From: Azolla caroliniana
Taxonomy: Eukaryota > Plantae > Polypodiophyta
Direction: 5' to 3'
Length of the DNA: 64,000 bases
Assembly: GCA_043228905.1 (NCBI GenBank)
Contig: JBHGNT010000010.1
Location: forward strand, 15,872,001-15,936,000
Shown here: positions 40,001-51,922 of the stretch, one piece after another
Layout of the letters: each line of letters begins with the position of its first letter
Numbering within the stretch: the first letter of the stretch is position 1
Notes under the pieces: generated by a model
The model's database searches: none
What the model saw: the letters and a program-made list of their open reading frames with translations, nothing else
Told to the model about the DNA's origin: nothing
Translations under genes and position numbers: made by a program

Positions 40001-42651
40001 AAGAAGATAATGAACTCCGAGTCGACCGGTAAGGATCGACTCTACGATGAGCAGACCCAACCGGCAAGAGACCGGTTAGCACTCGAGGGACCAGCCGGTT
40101 ACGGTGAGGATACCGAACAGGCTGAGGAAGAAGTAGAGGAAGCTGAAACCGGAACCGGCCAAGACCCCGAATCGGATTCGAATGAAGAGCAAATGGGGGA
40201 GTCGGTTACCGAAGCCCGAAGACGGAGATATCCTCTCAGAGAGAGAAGGGCCCCTCGGAGATTTCCGGATGCAGAGCATGTTCTGCTGACCGATGAGGGG
40301 GAGCCGGAGAGCTTTGAAGAAGCGAAGGATGACGCCCACAACCGCAAATGGTTAAGTGCCATGTAGGATGAGATGGATTCCCTGCATGAGAACCATACGT
40401 ACGAATTGGTGGAGTTGCCGAAAGGAAAGCGGGCACTCCGAAACAAGTGGGTGTACAAGTTGAAACCGGGAGATGCCGGCAACCCCCAGAGATACAAAGC
40501 CAGGAGAAGGGGTTCCAGCAGAAGAAGGGTGTGGACTTCGATGAGATATTTGCTCCGATTGTAAAGATGACTCCATCCGCACGGTGCTGAGTATAGCGGC
40601 AAGCATGGACCTTGAGGTAGAGTAGCTGGACGTGAAGACGACATTCCTTCACGGCGACCTCGAAGAGGAGATCTACATGCAGCAACCGGAAGGATTCGTG
40701 GAGAAAGGGAAGGAGTACTTGGTTTGCCGGTTGAAGAAGAGCCTCTACGGGTTGAAGCAGGCCCCCCGGTAATGGTACCGGAAGTTCGACTCCTTCATGA
40801 CCGATCAAGGGTACCACAAGACACAGGCCGATCACTGCGTGTTTGTGAAGAAGTTCGAAGGAGGGGACTTCCTGATACTCCTTCTATACGTGGACGACAT
40901 GTTGATCGTCAGACGGGACCAAGTCAAAATGCGGATGCTGAAGAAGGCTCTCAACTGGACCTTCTCAATGAAAGACTTGGGTCCGGCAAGACAGATGTTG
41001 TGGATGCACATCATTCGGGACCGGTCAGCGAAGCAATTATGGTTGTCACAGGAGAAGTACGTGACAAAGGTGCTTCACCGGTTCAACATGTCAGAAGCGA
41101 AACCGGTCGGATCGACACTTCTGGCAAATTGCAGGCTATCCGGCAAGCAAAGCCCGAAGATGAAAGCAGAGAAGGCGGATATGATGAAGATTCCATACGC
41201 CTCTACCGTAGGGAGCTTGATGTACGCAATGGTTTGTACCCGACCGGATATAGGATACATAGTCGAAGTGGTGAGCCGGTTTATGAGCAATCCCGACAAG
41301 GAGCACTGGAACGCGGTCAAATGGATACTCCGGTATTTGAAGGGCACTTCAAATATGTGTCTCCGATTCGGCTCCGGAAAACCTCAACCTGACGGTTTCA
41401 TCGATTCGAACATGTCGGTTGATGTGGATACCAGCCGGTCAACATCTGGGTATGTAATGACATATGCAGGGGGAGCTGTTTCGTGGTAGTCGAGGCTGCA
41501 GAAGACGGTTGCGTTGTCAACCACGGAGACGTAGTACATGGAGGCTGTGGAAGCCGGCAAGGAAATATTATGGATTAAGGACTTCATCGGAGAGCTCGGT
41601 ATACGGCAAGATGAATACCGGCTCTATTGCGATAGTCAAAGTGCCATCCACCTTGCTAAGAATGCGGCCTACCATTCCCGGACGAAGCATATCCAGCGAA
41701 GGTATCACTGGATCCGGGAAAGAGTAGATGACCAGGAGTTCGCGCTGACGAAGATCCACACGGCCGAGAATGGGTCAGATATGCTGACCAAAGTGTTGAT
41801 ACCCGACAAGCTGGATGCATGCCGGAAGAGGATCGGACCGGTAAGACACCCCATGCCGGAGTGAAGGGGTTGCCTGTGTTGGGAGACAGGTCCCTCCGGA
41901 TTGGAAGGGAGAAGAGCAGTTAACCAGATGACGAGTACCCGGCTACGGAGAGCCGGATGATACAAACCCAGTGAGAACCGGATGAGGAGTACCCGGCTAC
42001 GGAGAGCCGGATGGTACAGACGCGGTGAGAACTGGATGAGGAGTACCCGGCTACGGAGAGCCGGATGGTACAAACCCGGTGAGAACCGGATGAGGAGTAC
42101 CCGGCTACGGAGAGCCGGATGGTACAAACCCGGTGAGAACCGGATGAGGAGTACCCGACTACGGAGAGCCGGATGGTACAGACCCGGTGAGAACCGAATG
42201 AAGAGACATATTCGTAAATATGTTTCTGAGAGTTCATCATGGCCATATTTGTAAATAGCCGAAAAGTCATATTAGTATAAATATGACTTAGGGCAAACTC
42301 TTAGTGGGTGTTGTTGTCATTCTTGTTTTGCACGAGATTAGTGCGCGTAATAGTATATATATAGAGAGAGAGAGATAGAGGTCGTTGCCTCTGTTGTAAC
42401 CGCCACCTGTGGCGAGGATCGTGAGCACGAGGTTGTTGCCTCCGTGAACTCACTGTTGTACATTCTAACATAGTGATAATTTGCAGCCTGTGGGTTGCTG
42501 TGGTTTTTTCCCTTAGTTTGGGTTTTCCACGTAAACATCTTGTGTGTTCTTCTCTTCTTTGTGTCGTGCGTTTCATTTTCCGTTTTCTGTGTATGATCCT
42601 AAGCTCGGTTGTGGCCAAGCGTTGCGTATAGGGAGCGTTCTGTTCCCGTCA
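34058..42651 (+). mobile_element. Tandem Ty1/copia (Tork/Tnt1-like): partial internal 34058-37137, shared LTR 37138-37796, internal 37799-41868, LTR 41877-42651
   Basis: PBS TGGTATCAGAGC at 37799; gag from 37826, zinc knuckle, WVVDSGAS, integrase, RT YVDD, RNaseH ending at 41864; many stops; two copies of integrase-RT-RNaseH. Confidence 0.95.
37205..37548 (+). repeat. ~55-60-bp U3 tandem repeat in the copia LTR (variable copy number)
   Basis: ACCGGATGAGGAGTACCCGGCTACGGAGAGCCGGATG occurs ~6x here, ~4.5x at 41925-42200, ~3x at 43630-43795 and 2x at 757-820. Confidence 0.92.
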
Positions 42652-42814
42652 GCCTGATGGAGACAAGGAGGTCTTGGGTTCAATCCCTACCTTCCATCGT
42701 GGTGTGGCATATGTCTATGACATTATCCTCCCCCTACGGCTGCCTCCGAAGATCCGCGACCGGCTTTTGTGGGTACCGTTGATGAAAAGCTTGAATCTCC
42801 TCGGGAGCATTTTG

Positions 42815-43144
42815 TGTTAGGAAACAGGTCCCTCCAAATGGGAAGTGAGAAGAACGGTGTTGATGAGCAACTCGGCTGAGGCCGAATCCAAATGTGGAGT
42901 ACCTGGCAACGGAAGACCCGGTGAGAACCGGATGTGGAGTACCCGGCAACGGAAAAACCGGTGAGAACCGGATGTTGCAGGCCCGGTGAGAACCTCTCAT
43001 CGGATGGAAGGGACATATATGTAAATATGTTCTAGAGAGCCCACTGGGGCTATATTTGTAAATAGCCCGAAAGTCATATTAGTATAAATATGACCTAGGG
43101 CAAACTTAATATATGATGATAGAGTTATTTGTGGGTGTAATTTC
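42815..43144 (+). mobile_element. 5' part of an older copia LTR of the same group, inserted in the chromodomain coding region
   Basis: TGTTAGGAAACAGGTCCCTCC start, U3 repeats, TATAAATATGACCTAGGGC. Confidence 0.78.
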
Positions 43145-43428
43145 TTACGGGAACCCAACGTTCCTTATGCGCGACGCTCGGCCACAACCGAGCGTAGAAT
43201 GATACACAGAAAAACGGGAAATAAAACACGACACAAAGGAGAGGAAGATACACACACACTACACATGAGGTTTACGTGGAAAACCCCAAACTAGGGGAAA
43301 AAACCACGGCAGTCCACAAGTTGCAAACTGTCACTATGTAAGAATGTACAAAACAGTGAGTCCACGGAGGCAACGACCTCGTGCTCACGATCTTCGCCAC
43401 AGGCGGTGGTTACAACAGAGGCAACGAC

Positions 43429-43469
<41 letters not shown>

Positions 43470-43840
43470 CACTATTACGCGCACTAATCTCATGCAAAAC
43501 AAGAATGACAACAACACCCACTAAGAGTTTGCCCTAAGTCATATTTATACTAATATGACTTTTCGGCTATTTACAAATATGGCCATGATGAACTCTCAGA
43601 AACATATTTACGAATATGTCTCTTCATTCGGTTCTCACCGGGTCTGTACCATCCAGCTCTCCGTAGCCGGGTACTCCTCATCTGGTTCTCACCGGGTCTG
43701 TACCATCCGGCTCTCCGTAGCCGGGTACTCCTCATCCGGTTCTCACCGGGTTTGTAACATCCGGCTCTCCGTAGCCGGGTACTCGTCATCTGGTTAACTG
43801 CTCTTCTCCCTTCCCATCCGGAGGGACCTGTCTCCCAACA
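43145..43840 (-). mobile_element. Inverted copia LTR (chimeric)
   Basis: The 5' two-thirds is near-identical to the reverse complement of 41877-42420; the 3' end matches another subfamily (ATAAGGAACG, as at 1240). Confidence 0.9.
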
Positions 43841-44930
43841 CAGGCAACCCTACTGACTAAACTACATCCATTTATACCTCATTATATTCAAATCCAACTT
43901 CATGTATGGTAGATTGAACATTGGAAGTTCCTAGCTCGCATGCATTCTGTATTCCTAGCTTGTTTACATGCATTCTCTTTTCCTAGCTTGCATACATGCA
44001 TTCTCTATTCCTAGCTTGCATACATACCTCTACCTTCTTGTATAAATACTCAAGTGCACCTTGATTCTAATCAAGGTGAACAACACCAGTTACGGAATCA
44101 TAAGTCAAGTTCTTTTTCTTTTTCTCTCTCCTAGTTCTTAGTCTCGTCTTGGTTCTACTCTATTATACTCGTCTATGACAACTACCGGAGTCGGCCAATA
44201 TCAGAGCTACACGCTCTCGAAACACACACACACACACAAAAACACAAAATGATGAACCTCTGGTCGGGACCTCACGGGCTTCCTACGCGAGCAGAGGCTT
44301 CACCATCTTCCTAGAATCAATACAGAGCACAAGACAGCGAGAGGGGGAGATCTCAGAACTCAAACTGACAACACTTCGTCCCCCCAATCCTGGATCTCTC
44401 TCTACGTCCTCTCTCCCTCCTTTTATAGCTCAAGGAGAGAGAGAAGTTATTACATCACGTTGTTAAGGCAGTCACTTTTCTCTCCCTTCAGTACCCTTTT
44501 ATTCCTCTCCATCTTTGTGGTCTTAAAGTGCCTATCGAATCACTCCTACCTAGTATTCCTCAACACTCCACTATTACTATGTTATTTAAACATATTTGTA
44601 GACTAAGGCCTATTTCATGTGCATCCGTGCACACCCCTGTTCACACACATCAGGCTCTGGTTTCCTCCTATGGCCAGAATCCTGCATGACAACGTGCCGA
44701 GCCCTTGTGCTCACCATCGAGCATCCGGAGACTTGTCCGAACCGCGCTCTAGCAAAGTTATCCGGAAACCAATCCGGATAATCCCCTTTCCTTACCAACT
44801 CCAGAACAATGATCTGGTGTGAGCTATCCGAACACTGATCCAGTTAACACTCATTCCCTTACCGGCTCCTTGGTTCGAGACCCCAGTGGTCCCGCCCCGT
44901 TCCAACACATCCGCACGGAAATATGTGACA

Positions 44931-45055
44931 CCGGGTAAGAGACATTCAATCCTTCCTTGGCTTTGCAAATTTCTATCGTTGGTTTATTAATGGGTTCTCC
45001 AAAATTGTGCAACCATTGGTTGCACTCACCCATAAGGACCGACCCTTCTATTGGA
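44931..45055 (+). pseudogene. Gypsy RT-connection fragment
   Basis: Translates as [24 protein letters not shown]. Confidence 0.75.
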
Positions 45056-45059
45056 CATA

Positions 45060-45514
45060 GCCAACTCGGAGGCTATATTTGTAAATAGTCGAAATGTGCC
45101 CCATGTGGGCTATTTATGTAAATAGCCATAAAGTTGTATAAGTATATATACAACTAGGGCAAACTTTAGTATGTCGTAGTTGATCATTGTTGTAAAGTTA
45201 GAACGAGGTAGTTGCCTCTGTAACTGTGAGTGAGAGTGAGAGCGTGAGAGTGTAACTTTGTAGTCATATGTCATACGAAGGAGAACTCGAGGTCGTAGCC
45301 TTCGAGTTTCTCATTGTACTTCTCCTCTATCTTAGTGATTTGTTTTGGAGTTTGTGAACTCCACGTGGTTTTTCCCAATTCGGGTTTCCACGTTAAACCT
45401 CGGTGTCTCTGTTCTTTTTGTTTTGATTTTGTTTTCTGTCTGTGGATTGCCTTGCTCGTTTTCTGTGCACCCAAACGCATACGTGAAACCGGTTGTGGCC
45501 GATCGATTCTCAAC
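45060..45514 (+). mobile_element. 3' part of a copia LTR related to the 708/37138 family
   Basis: GGCTATATTTGTAAATAG, TAGGGCAAACTTT, ends GGTTGTGGCCGATCGATTCTCAACA. Confidence 0.75.
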
Positions 45515-46756
45515 ACAGGACACCCTTGTCCTTCCTTCTTGTCTCCTCGTTTAGGATACTTGTCGTTACCACTTGCAAGGACGAGTTTTCTTCTTGGCAC
45601 GAGGTACTGAGAGACACCACCAAGTTCTCCCAGTTGTCCAACAAGGTACATAGTAGTAACAAAGCCTGCATAACATCATCTAATGGGAACTTTGTTGCTA
45701 CAAGTTGATTCACCAACCCAGTGAAGGTGTTAATGTGTACCACAATGCTTTCTCCATCCTAGTACTTCAGTCTCACGATCTTTCTCATTAGAGAGGTTTT
45801 GTTGAGGGCATTCTTCCTCTCGTACAATTAGGTTGACCATTTGTGCCACATTTCATAGGCATTTGTGTCGTTCGCCACATGCTACAAAATACCCACATCT
45901 ACACACTGTGTAATGGTGGCCATGGCCTTCCTGTTTAGGAGTTTCCATTCAGACTCAAATACCCTTGTGGGTATTTCACTTCTATCTATGGGTTCGTACA
46001 AATCATTGACTATCAGAAGATCGTCCATCTTGATCTTCCAGTCAGAGGAGTTGTGTGAGTTCAGGACTATCATACCTAGGAAGTCGCGCACACCTCCTTC
46101 CATTCTTGCACCTCGGAGCTCTAATACCATATTGTTGTGTTTGGACCGTAGATCTTTGAGTAAGATAGACTAAATTGCACAACGTGGAAACAGAAAATAG
46201 CAAAATAGCAGAGAATGCACAATACACAGGTTTTACGTGGAAACCCTAAAACAAGGGAAAACCATGGGCAACAAAACTTCACTATATAGTAGAGAATACA
46301 TGAGAGGAAAAACATATTACAAAACTCTCTATAACTTAGAGAATACCCACGTAGGTTTCTTGGCAAGTACCATTGAATTGTGCCGCTACACACGCTCTCT
46401 CTCTCTCTGTGTAGCACACACATCTACTGTTTTTTCTATAGAAACTCTATACACAGGTTACTAGCTCTCACACATAAGTTTGCCCTAACTATTCCTATTT
46501 ATCGGAGGGAGTAAGTTGTTGTTATTATTATTATAATAGTCGTTAATTGGTCGATTGATCAATTCGACTATCTGACCCACAAGTCGACAATCTAGTCGAT
46601 TCGTCTAGCTGACTCCTTTGTCGACTATTCAGTCGGCCCAACTAGAAAACCTTGTCAACGACCATCAGGCCAACATGACTAGTCAGCTCCAATTCAACTA
46701 CCAATTCTTCCAATCTATAGCCCACTTCTCCCATTAGGAGGGACAGAATCCTAGCA
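45515..46756 (-). mobile_element. Ty1/copia 5' fragment (LTR ~46132-46756, PBS-Met, degenerate gag)
   Basis: On minus: TGCTAGGATTCTGTCCCTCC start, TGGTATTAGAGC, and gag WKIKMDDLL / QALLLLCTLLDNWENLVV. Confidence 0.85.
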
Positions 46757-46890
46757 GGACTTATCCATTAGAACATCCGTTATTCAAAATTAATATATAA
46801 TAATATCATAAAGAGACGAACCTTAGAACATTGTAGAACTTCCGGGAACATTCTAAAAAACCCTAGAACGCTCCATGACCCACGATATAA
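46757..46890 (+). mobile_element. Fragment of a chromovirus LTR containing the A-box half of the tRNA-like cassette
   Basis: CCATTAGAACATC and GAACATTCTA are shared with 61398-61495. Confidence 0.6.
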
Positions 46891-46899
46891 TGTCAATTC

Positions 46900-47092
46900 T
46901 AAATCGTCAAACCGTTTAAATAGAAAATGTTAAACCGATAAAGGCTCAAACCAAACTGTTAAACCACCGAATTAAACTGAACTGTTTAATAAAACCTGAA
47001 CTTGAACCAAACCAAACCATTTAAATTGTTAAGCCATTAAGTCGTGGTTTCGCAGTTCGTTTCGCTTTAAACCAAATTGTTGTCGATTGTTA
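46900..47092. mobile_element. Truncated copy of the hAT-type MITE at 48802
   Basis: AAACCG/AACCAAACC subterminal motifs; ends TTGTCGATTGTTA like 49250-49266. Confidence 0.7.
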
Positions 47093-48801
47093 TTCATTTC
47101 CTTATTTGTTTGAACAATTGGATAAGTTCTCGAAAGAGGGTGGAATTCAAGCTAAATTTTGTTGCCTAGTTCGCTACTAATAAGGTATACGTGGTTAGGA
47201 TCCTTGGCCCAATGATATCAATGGGAGGCATAACGCCATTAATTTAATGAAGCAATCTCATTATCATTTGTTTTTTAGTTAAGCTCATTTTTTAGTACTT
47301 CATGAAGTGAAGAGTGTCACTAATTTGCATCTTGATTGATTATTGCTCAAATTTATAATTGAAACCAATCTCACACATAATGTTCTTGAGAAAAGTGTTC
47401 CATTTGTGCATATTCTCCGAAATTGCCAAGGTTGATGCATCATTTTCGATACAACATTTGTCACCAATGAAGTATCAAATTTGATCTAGAATTTGAAATG
47501 TCACACCATTTTTGTTGTGTAATGTTTATAGTTATTTATCTTGTATTTCTAAATGTTGCTTGATGGCATTTGGTAACTTGTTTACTAATCAAATCTCACT
47601 ACATACTAACACTGAAATCACCACCGAGCTAATACATCATGTCTCTAACCCTTATAATCACTATCACTTGAAATTCAACATTATTTTCATGAATGTTTTA
47701 TCATGTAGTTTTTATTTAAAGTGGAGCTCAATATTCATCTCATCTAAACCCAATAAGAGGTCACTAGAGAATTATCACAAAATTAACCTCCCAACAATTA
47801 ATACAAGTTATATGGTGCCAAAGCAGCTCAAAAGATTAATCATCAAGTCTTACTTTTATTCTATGTTAGAAAGGTAGTTAACTGTATATGTGATTAATTC
47901 CATGTAGTCTTAATAGACTAGAAAGAAAAGTTGTGAGGTCTCAATAAGATTTTATCTCTCATGTTCAAGTCCGTAGTACATGGCATCTTCAACTTTATGT
48001 ACTCTCCAAATTCTACATCACTAACATTTAAAGTGTTCTGGCTTTAAAAGCTCAATGGCTATTCTCGCTTGAAAATTGTTTTGTCTTTTTATACACTTAC
48101 ATTGCTTCTTGGTTTTGTCTTGTATTCTATAATTCATGCTACCTTATGCCAGTGTCTTATTCTTGAGTACCAGAAACAACTTCACCAAACACGAGTGTCG
48201 ATGTTAACAATTAATTCCATATATACAATAAATTCAATCCACTCTTAATTGTAGACTTTGAAACACTTTTTGGCACACATCCGTAAAAGATTGTTGAGTT
48301 AAATTGTTTCACCAATAAGCTAATAGTGAAAGCTTACATATATTTTACTTTATGATATAAAAAAAATAACATTTGTTGTTTCTTTTTTTAAGCATTTTGT
48401 TTCTTTATTGTAGAAGTGTTTATATTTAAAGTGTACAAGTGATTGATGTAGGTAGGTTGTTTTCAAACATGGGATTGCTCTTAATCCCAACATTGTGTTA
48501 GGTGACACTACTTATATCATCTACTAAAATGTTAGGTGTGTGTACTCCTAAATGCTTAAATACAATAATTTGTTTGATAATAATGTCATTATATATCATA
48601 GTTCGTATATATGCCATATCACAATATTAAATGACTAAGCACCATGACATAAGATCTTGTAATTGTTTATGCCAACATGTTATTGAAGTTTTAACCTTGA
48701 TTATAATTAATTGTCAAACACACGAGGCCTATAACTTTCAAAGGTTTATAGTGATTGAAAAATATTTTAATGATATTGTTCTAATCACTTGTGTGAATGT
48801 C

Positions 48802-49266
48802 CAACAATTGGCAACGGTTTGGTTTGGTTCAAGAGTGTCCAAACCAAACCGTTTAAAATTTTTGAAACTTGAACCAAACCGAACTGTTAGGTAAAAATCA
48901 AAACCGTTAAACCATTAAACCTCTAAAACTGCAGTTTCGTGGTTCGGTTTTGGTTTTCAACTAAGGTCAAATTTCAAATTGTAAAATTTTAAACATTTTC
49001 AATATCTCAAATTTTAATTTTTCAAAATTTTAAAGATTTTTCCTAAAATGTGAGAATTAGGTTTTAAAATGAAAAGTTTGTTTTAAAAAAAAAATTAACC
49101 ATAAAATTGTTAAACCATGGTTTCAAACCGTTTAAACCGAACCGAACCGAATGAAAACCAAACCATTTTAAAAAACTTGAACTTGAACCTAACTGAACCG
49201 TTAAAACCGTTAAGCTACGGTTTCACAAGTTCGGTTTGGTTCAAACCGAACCATTGCCGATTGTTA
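48802..49266. mobile_element. hAT-type MITE (465 bp)
   Basis: ~25-bp imperfect TIRs (CAACAATTGGCAACGGTTTGGTTTG / CAAACCGAACCATTGCCGATTGTTA); 8-bp TSD TGAATGTC/TGGATGTC; AACCG subterminal repeats. Confidence 0.85.
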
Positions 49267-50276
49267 TGGATGTCATAGTAATAAAATAATGGCAAAGAAA
49301 ACAATTATAGAATTTATGAGTTTCTCTCAAATTTTAATTGGTATCTACATACACATTCCTAGTTTTATTGTTCAGTCGATCTTAACATGACACGTGGCCA
49401 TTTTCTTACAATCTAGTATGCAATAGTGATGACATTATCTTGGTCAAACCGGTTCACAATAACACAATGCGTTATTCACTATACCTTCTTCACCTTGTTG
49501 AAGATTCCACATGTTTCCCGTTGACTCTTGAAGGTGCCAATCAACTTCTCCCAGATAACCATCAAAATCTTTGAATTACCTTGCAATTCATCTCTAAAAC
49601 AAGGTAGCAATGACGTAGACCAAAGAAAATTGTGCCAACCTAGGACAATTATTCTAATTCATTATGTGGAACCATATCCAACATGCCAATGGGGAATGCA
49701 AAAGTTGTGAGCATAAATGCTATACTAGATGACTTTGTAGAGGGCACTAAAGGAGCTAACCCCCATGACACACTTATGGCTAGAAATAAAGGAAGGTCTA
49801 ACATGGACGGCCCTTTTTACTCATATATTTCCAACACTAAGGAACAAGTCTATATAGTTCTAACTCCAACCTCTTAGTATCATAGTGTTTGGATATTTAA
49901 TGTAGCATTGTGGTCGTGGCTATTTATAAGCATACCCTTGTGGGAGAATATATCCAAGATGCCTATATTTATAGAGATACCTTTATAGGAGAAGAGATTT
50001 AAGATATGACTAATGGATCAAAACGGGAGCTTGTGGAGGGAGGATTAGTGTGCCCTTGTGAACAAAGTAATATTATGTGAGAGTAGGATGGTATTGAGGC
50101 TTCTCCCTCTTTCTTGAGTGCTTTATCACATTTCCATTATTGAACCAAGAGAGGGAGAGACCTCCTGCAAGTACCAACCAATTGTCACATAAGCACATGC
50201 ATTGGACATCAATCACTTATCGACAACACGTTGATACCAATTCGAGAGGTGAGGAACATTACCCCATAAAATAAAT

Positions 50277-50897
50277 GTTGTAATGGAATAACTATAACCT
50301 ATGTAACCTAGTTGGAACAATAGAAGATTCATTGTTCAACACACATGATGAGCATGAGGGAAAACCCACAAACAATGATAACATTTTGACATGCCTTAGA
50401 AACCTAGTGCATTATATGGGATGATGTTGTATTGTATCAATCCATGTTCCAACAAGTAAACCAAAATGCAATGTATATAACTAAAAGAATTACATTCCAT
50501 CACTAATATCTAAAGACGAAAATTTACTACCAAACTTTATGCTTTAAGTTGTAATGGAATAACTATAACCCGTATAACCTAGTTGGACCACTAGAATGTT
50601 CCTTGTTTAGCACACATGATTAGCATGAGGGAAAACCCACAAACAATGCTAACATTTTGACATGCCTTAGGAACCTATTTCACTTATGCGATAATGTTGG
50701 ATTTTATCCATCCAACTTCCAACAAGTAAACCAAAATGCAATATATATAACTAAAAGAAGAACATTCTATGACTAATATCTAAGGCAAAAATATATATTA
50801 CCAAACATCGTGCTCTAAGTTGTAATGGAATAACTATAATCCATATAACCTAGTTGGGACAATAGAAGGTGCATTGTTCAACACACATGATTAGCAC
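50277..50897. repeat. 271-bp tandem repeat, ~2.3 copies
   Basis: GTTGTAATGGAATAACTATAA at 50277, 50548 and 50819. Confidence 0.88.
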
Positions 50898-51922
50898 CAA
50901 TTGGCAAGTGGTCGTCCCTTTGGCAATGGACTTGATGTTGTATTCACAAATCTTTTTATATTTAGTTCAAGTGCATGCACACAAACATTGACTTTGATAT
51001 ATTCTCAACAACGTAAATGAATGAAAAATGATATCATTGTTTCAATAGCAATCCTAAGGAATAAGAAATGACAAAGTATATAGAGTACACAAAAAATTGT
51101 ATACCTATCGTTCCATTAGGGCAATGGAAACAAAAAGCTCAATAAACTTGTTCATACTTTTAGCACAAAGTTAGACATATTGCCTTTCCCTAGTGGATGG
51201 AGTAGCTCTAGAGACTTGAAGAGTATATGTCTCAATTTAACTATGACAAGAAGAAGCAACAAATAGGTAGGTACACACTCTTATATGTATTAAAAGATAC
51301 TTCCTTCTATTCAACTTTACGCTACTTTCATATAGAATGTGAAAACAACACCTAATTACCATACGGAGTGGTAGAGAAAGCTTTCAATGCATCTCAATTT
51401 TAAGTATCTATTAAGGTCAACCATATATAGTATGTAATTGAATGTTACAATAGAGTGTGTTATAAACAGAGATGTGGAAAAATGTCACTTTTGTGGTAAA
51501 AGTGTTGAAAGTTTGAGGCAATAAAAAATGTATAGACCGTTAAAATCTCACTTGCATTCAATGAGCTTCTAGGTAGTCACTTCATTTAGGTACGGAGGAA
51601 ATTAATCACAAGGAAGGAAATCAAAGTGACTTTGAACAATAAGATAGCAAGAGGGAGTAAGAATGCAGGATAACTAATGTAAAGCAAACGTGGAGGGACA
51701 CGAGCTACGAGGTAGGATGAAATGGAACTTTAATGGGCAAGGAAAGCATAAATAAGTTATTGGAAGTTAGGAAACAATAAATAGGATGGGAGTGTACTTA
51801 AATGACAAAACTACATTTGGGAGGGGATAGGGGGAAGAGAAGGAGGAGGAGGTGCTGAAGAAAATATATTAAGATCCATCAATGCATTTCAAATGACATT
51901 CATGTTCTATGACAAATTGATA

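Larger units (their letters stand above)
19297..44180 (+). mobile_element. Tcn1-like self-priming chromovirus (Ty3/gypsy), heavily nested; 5' LTR 19297-19609, 3' LTR split into 42652-42722 (inverted) and 43841-44180
   Basis: Gag (LPDKF..VGLVGTLLSG..AWF), zinc knuckle at about 26310, protease ALIDSGAS, RT, RNaseH and integrase up to 28375. The chromodomain end NAPEEIQAFHQRYP and the PPT lie at 42723-42814 (inverted). TSD ACAAC/ACTAC. Confidence 0.82.
18684..44930 (-). mobile_element. tRNA-Trp-primed element: gag fragment 18684-18980; its 5' LTR is split into 19004-19296 and 44186-44930 by a 25-kb nested chromovirus
   Basis: On minus, CACGACA is followed by TGGTGAACCTGAAGTGA (PBS-Trp) and a gag with FNGKDATSYLEAY. 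The two LTR halves join at GAATACAAC|CGGAG, matching GAATACAATCCCGG in the related LTR at about 31690. Confidence 0.72.

Noticed and set aside
47100-48400. Possible decayed DNA-transposase relic and the 121-aa ORF at 47512
   Set aside because: No convincing motif; AT-rich chance ORF.
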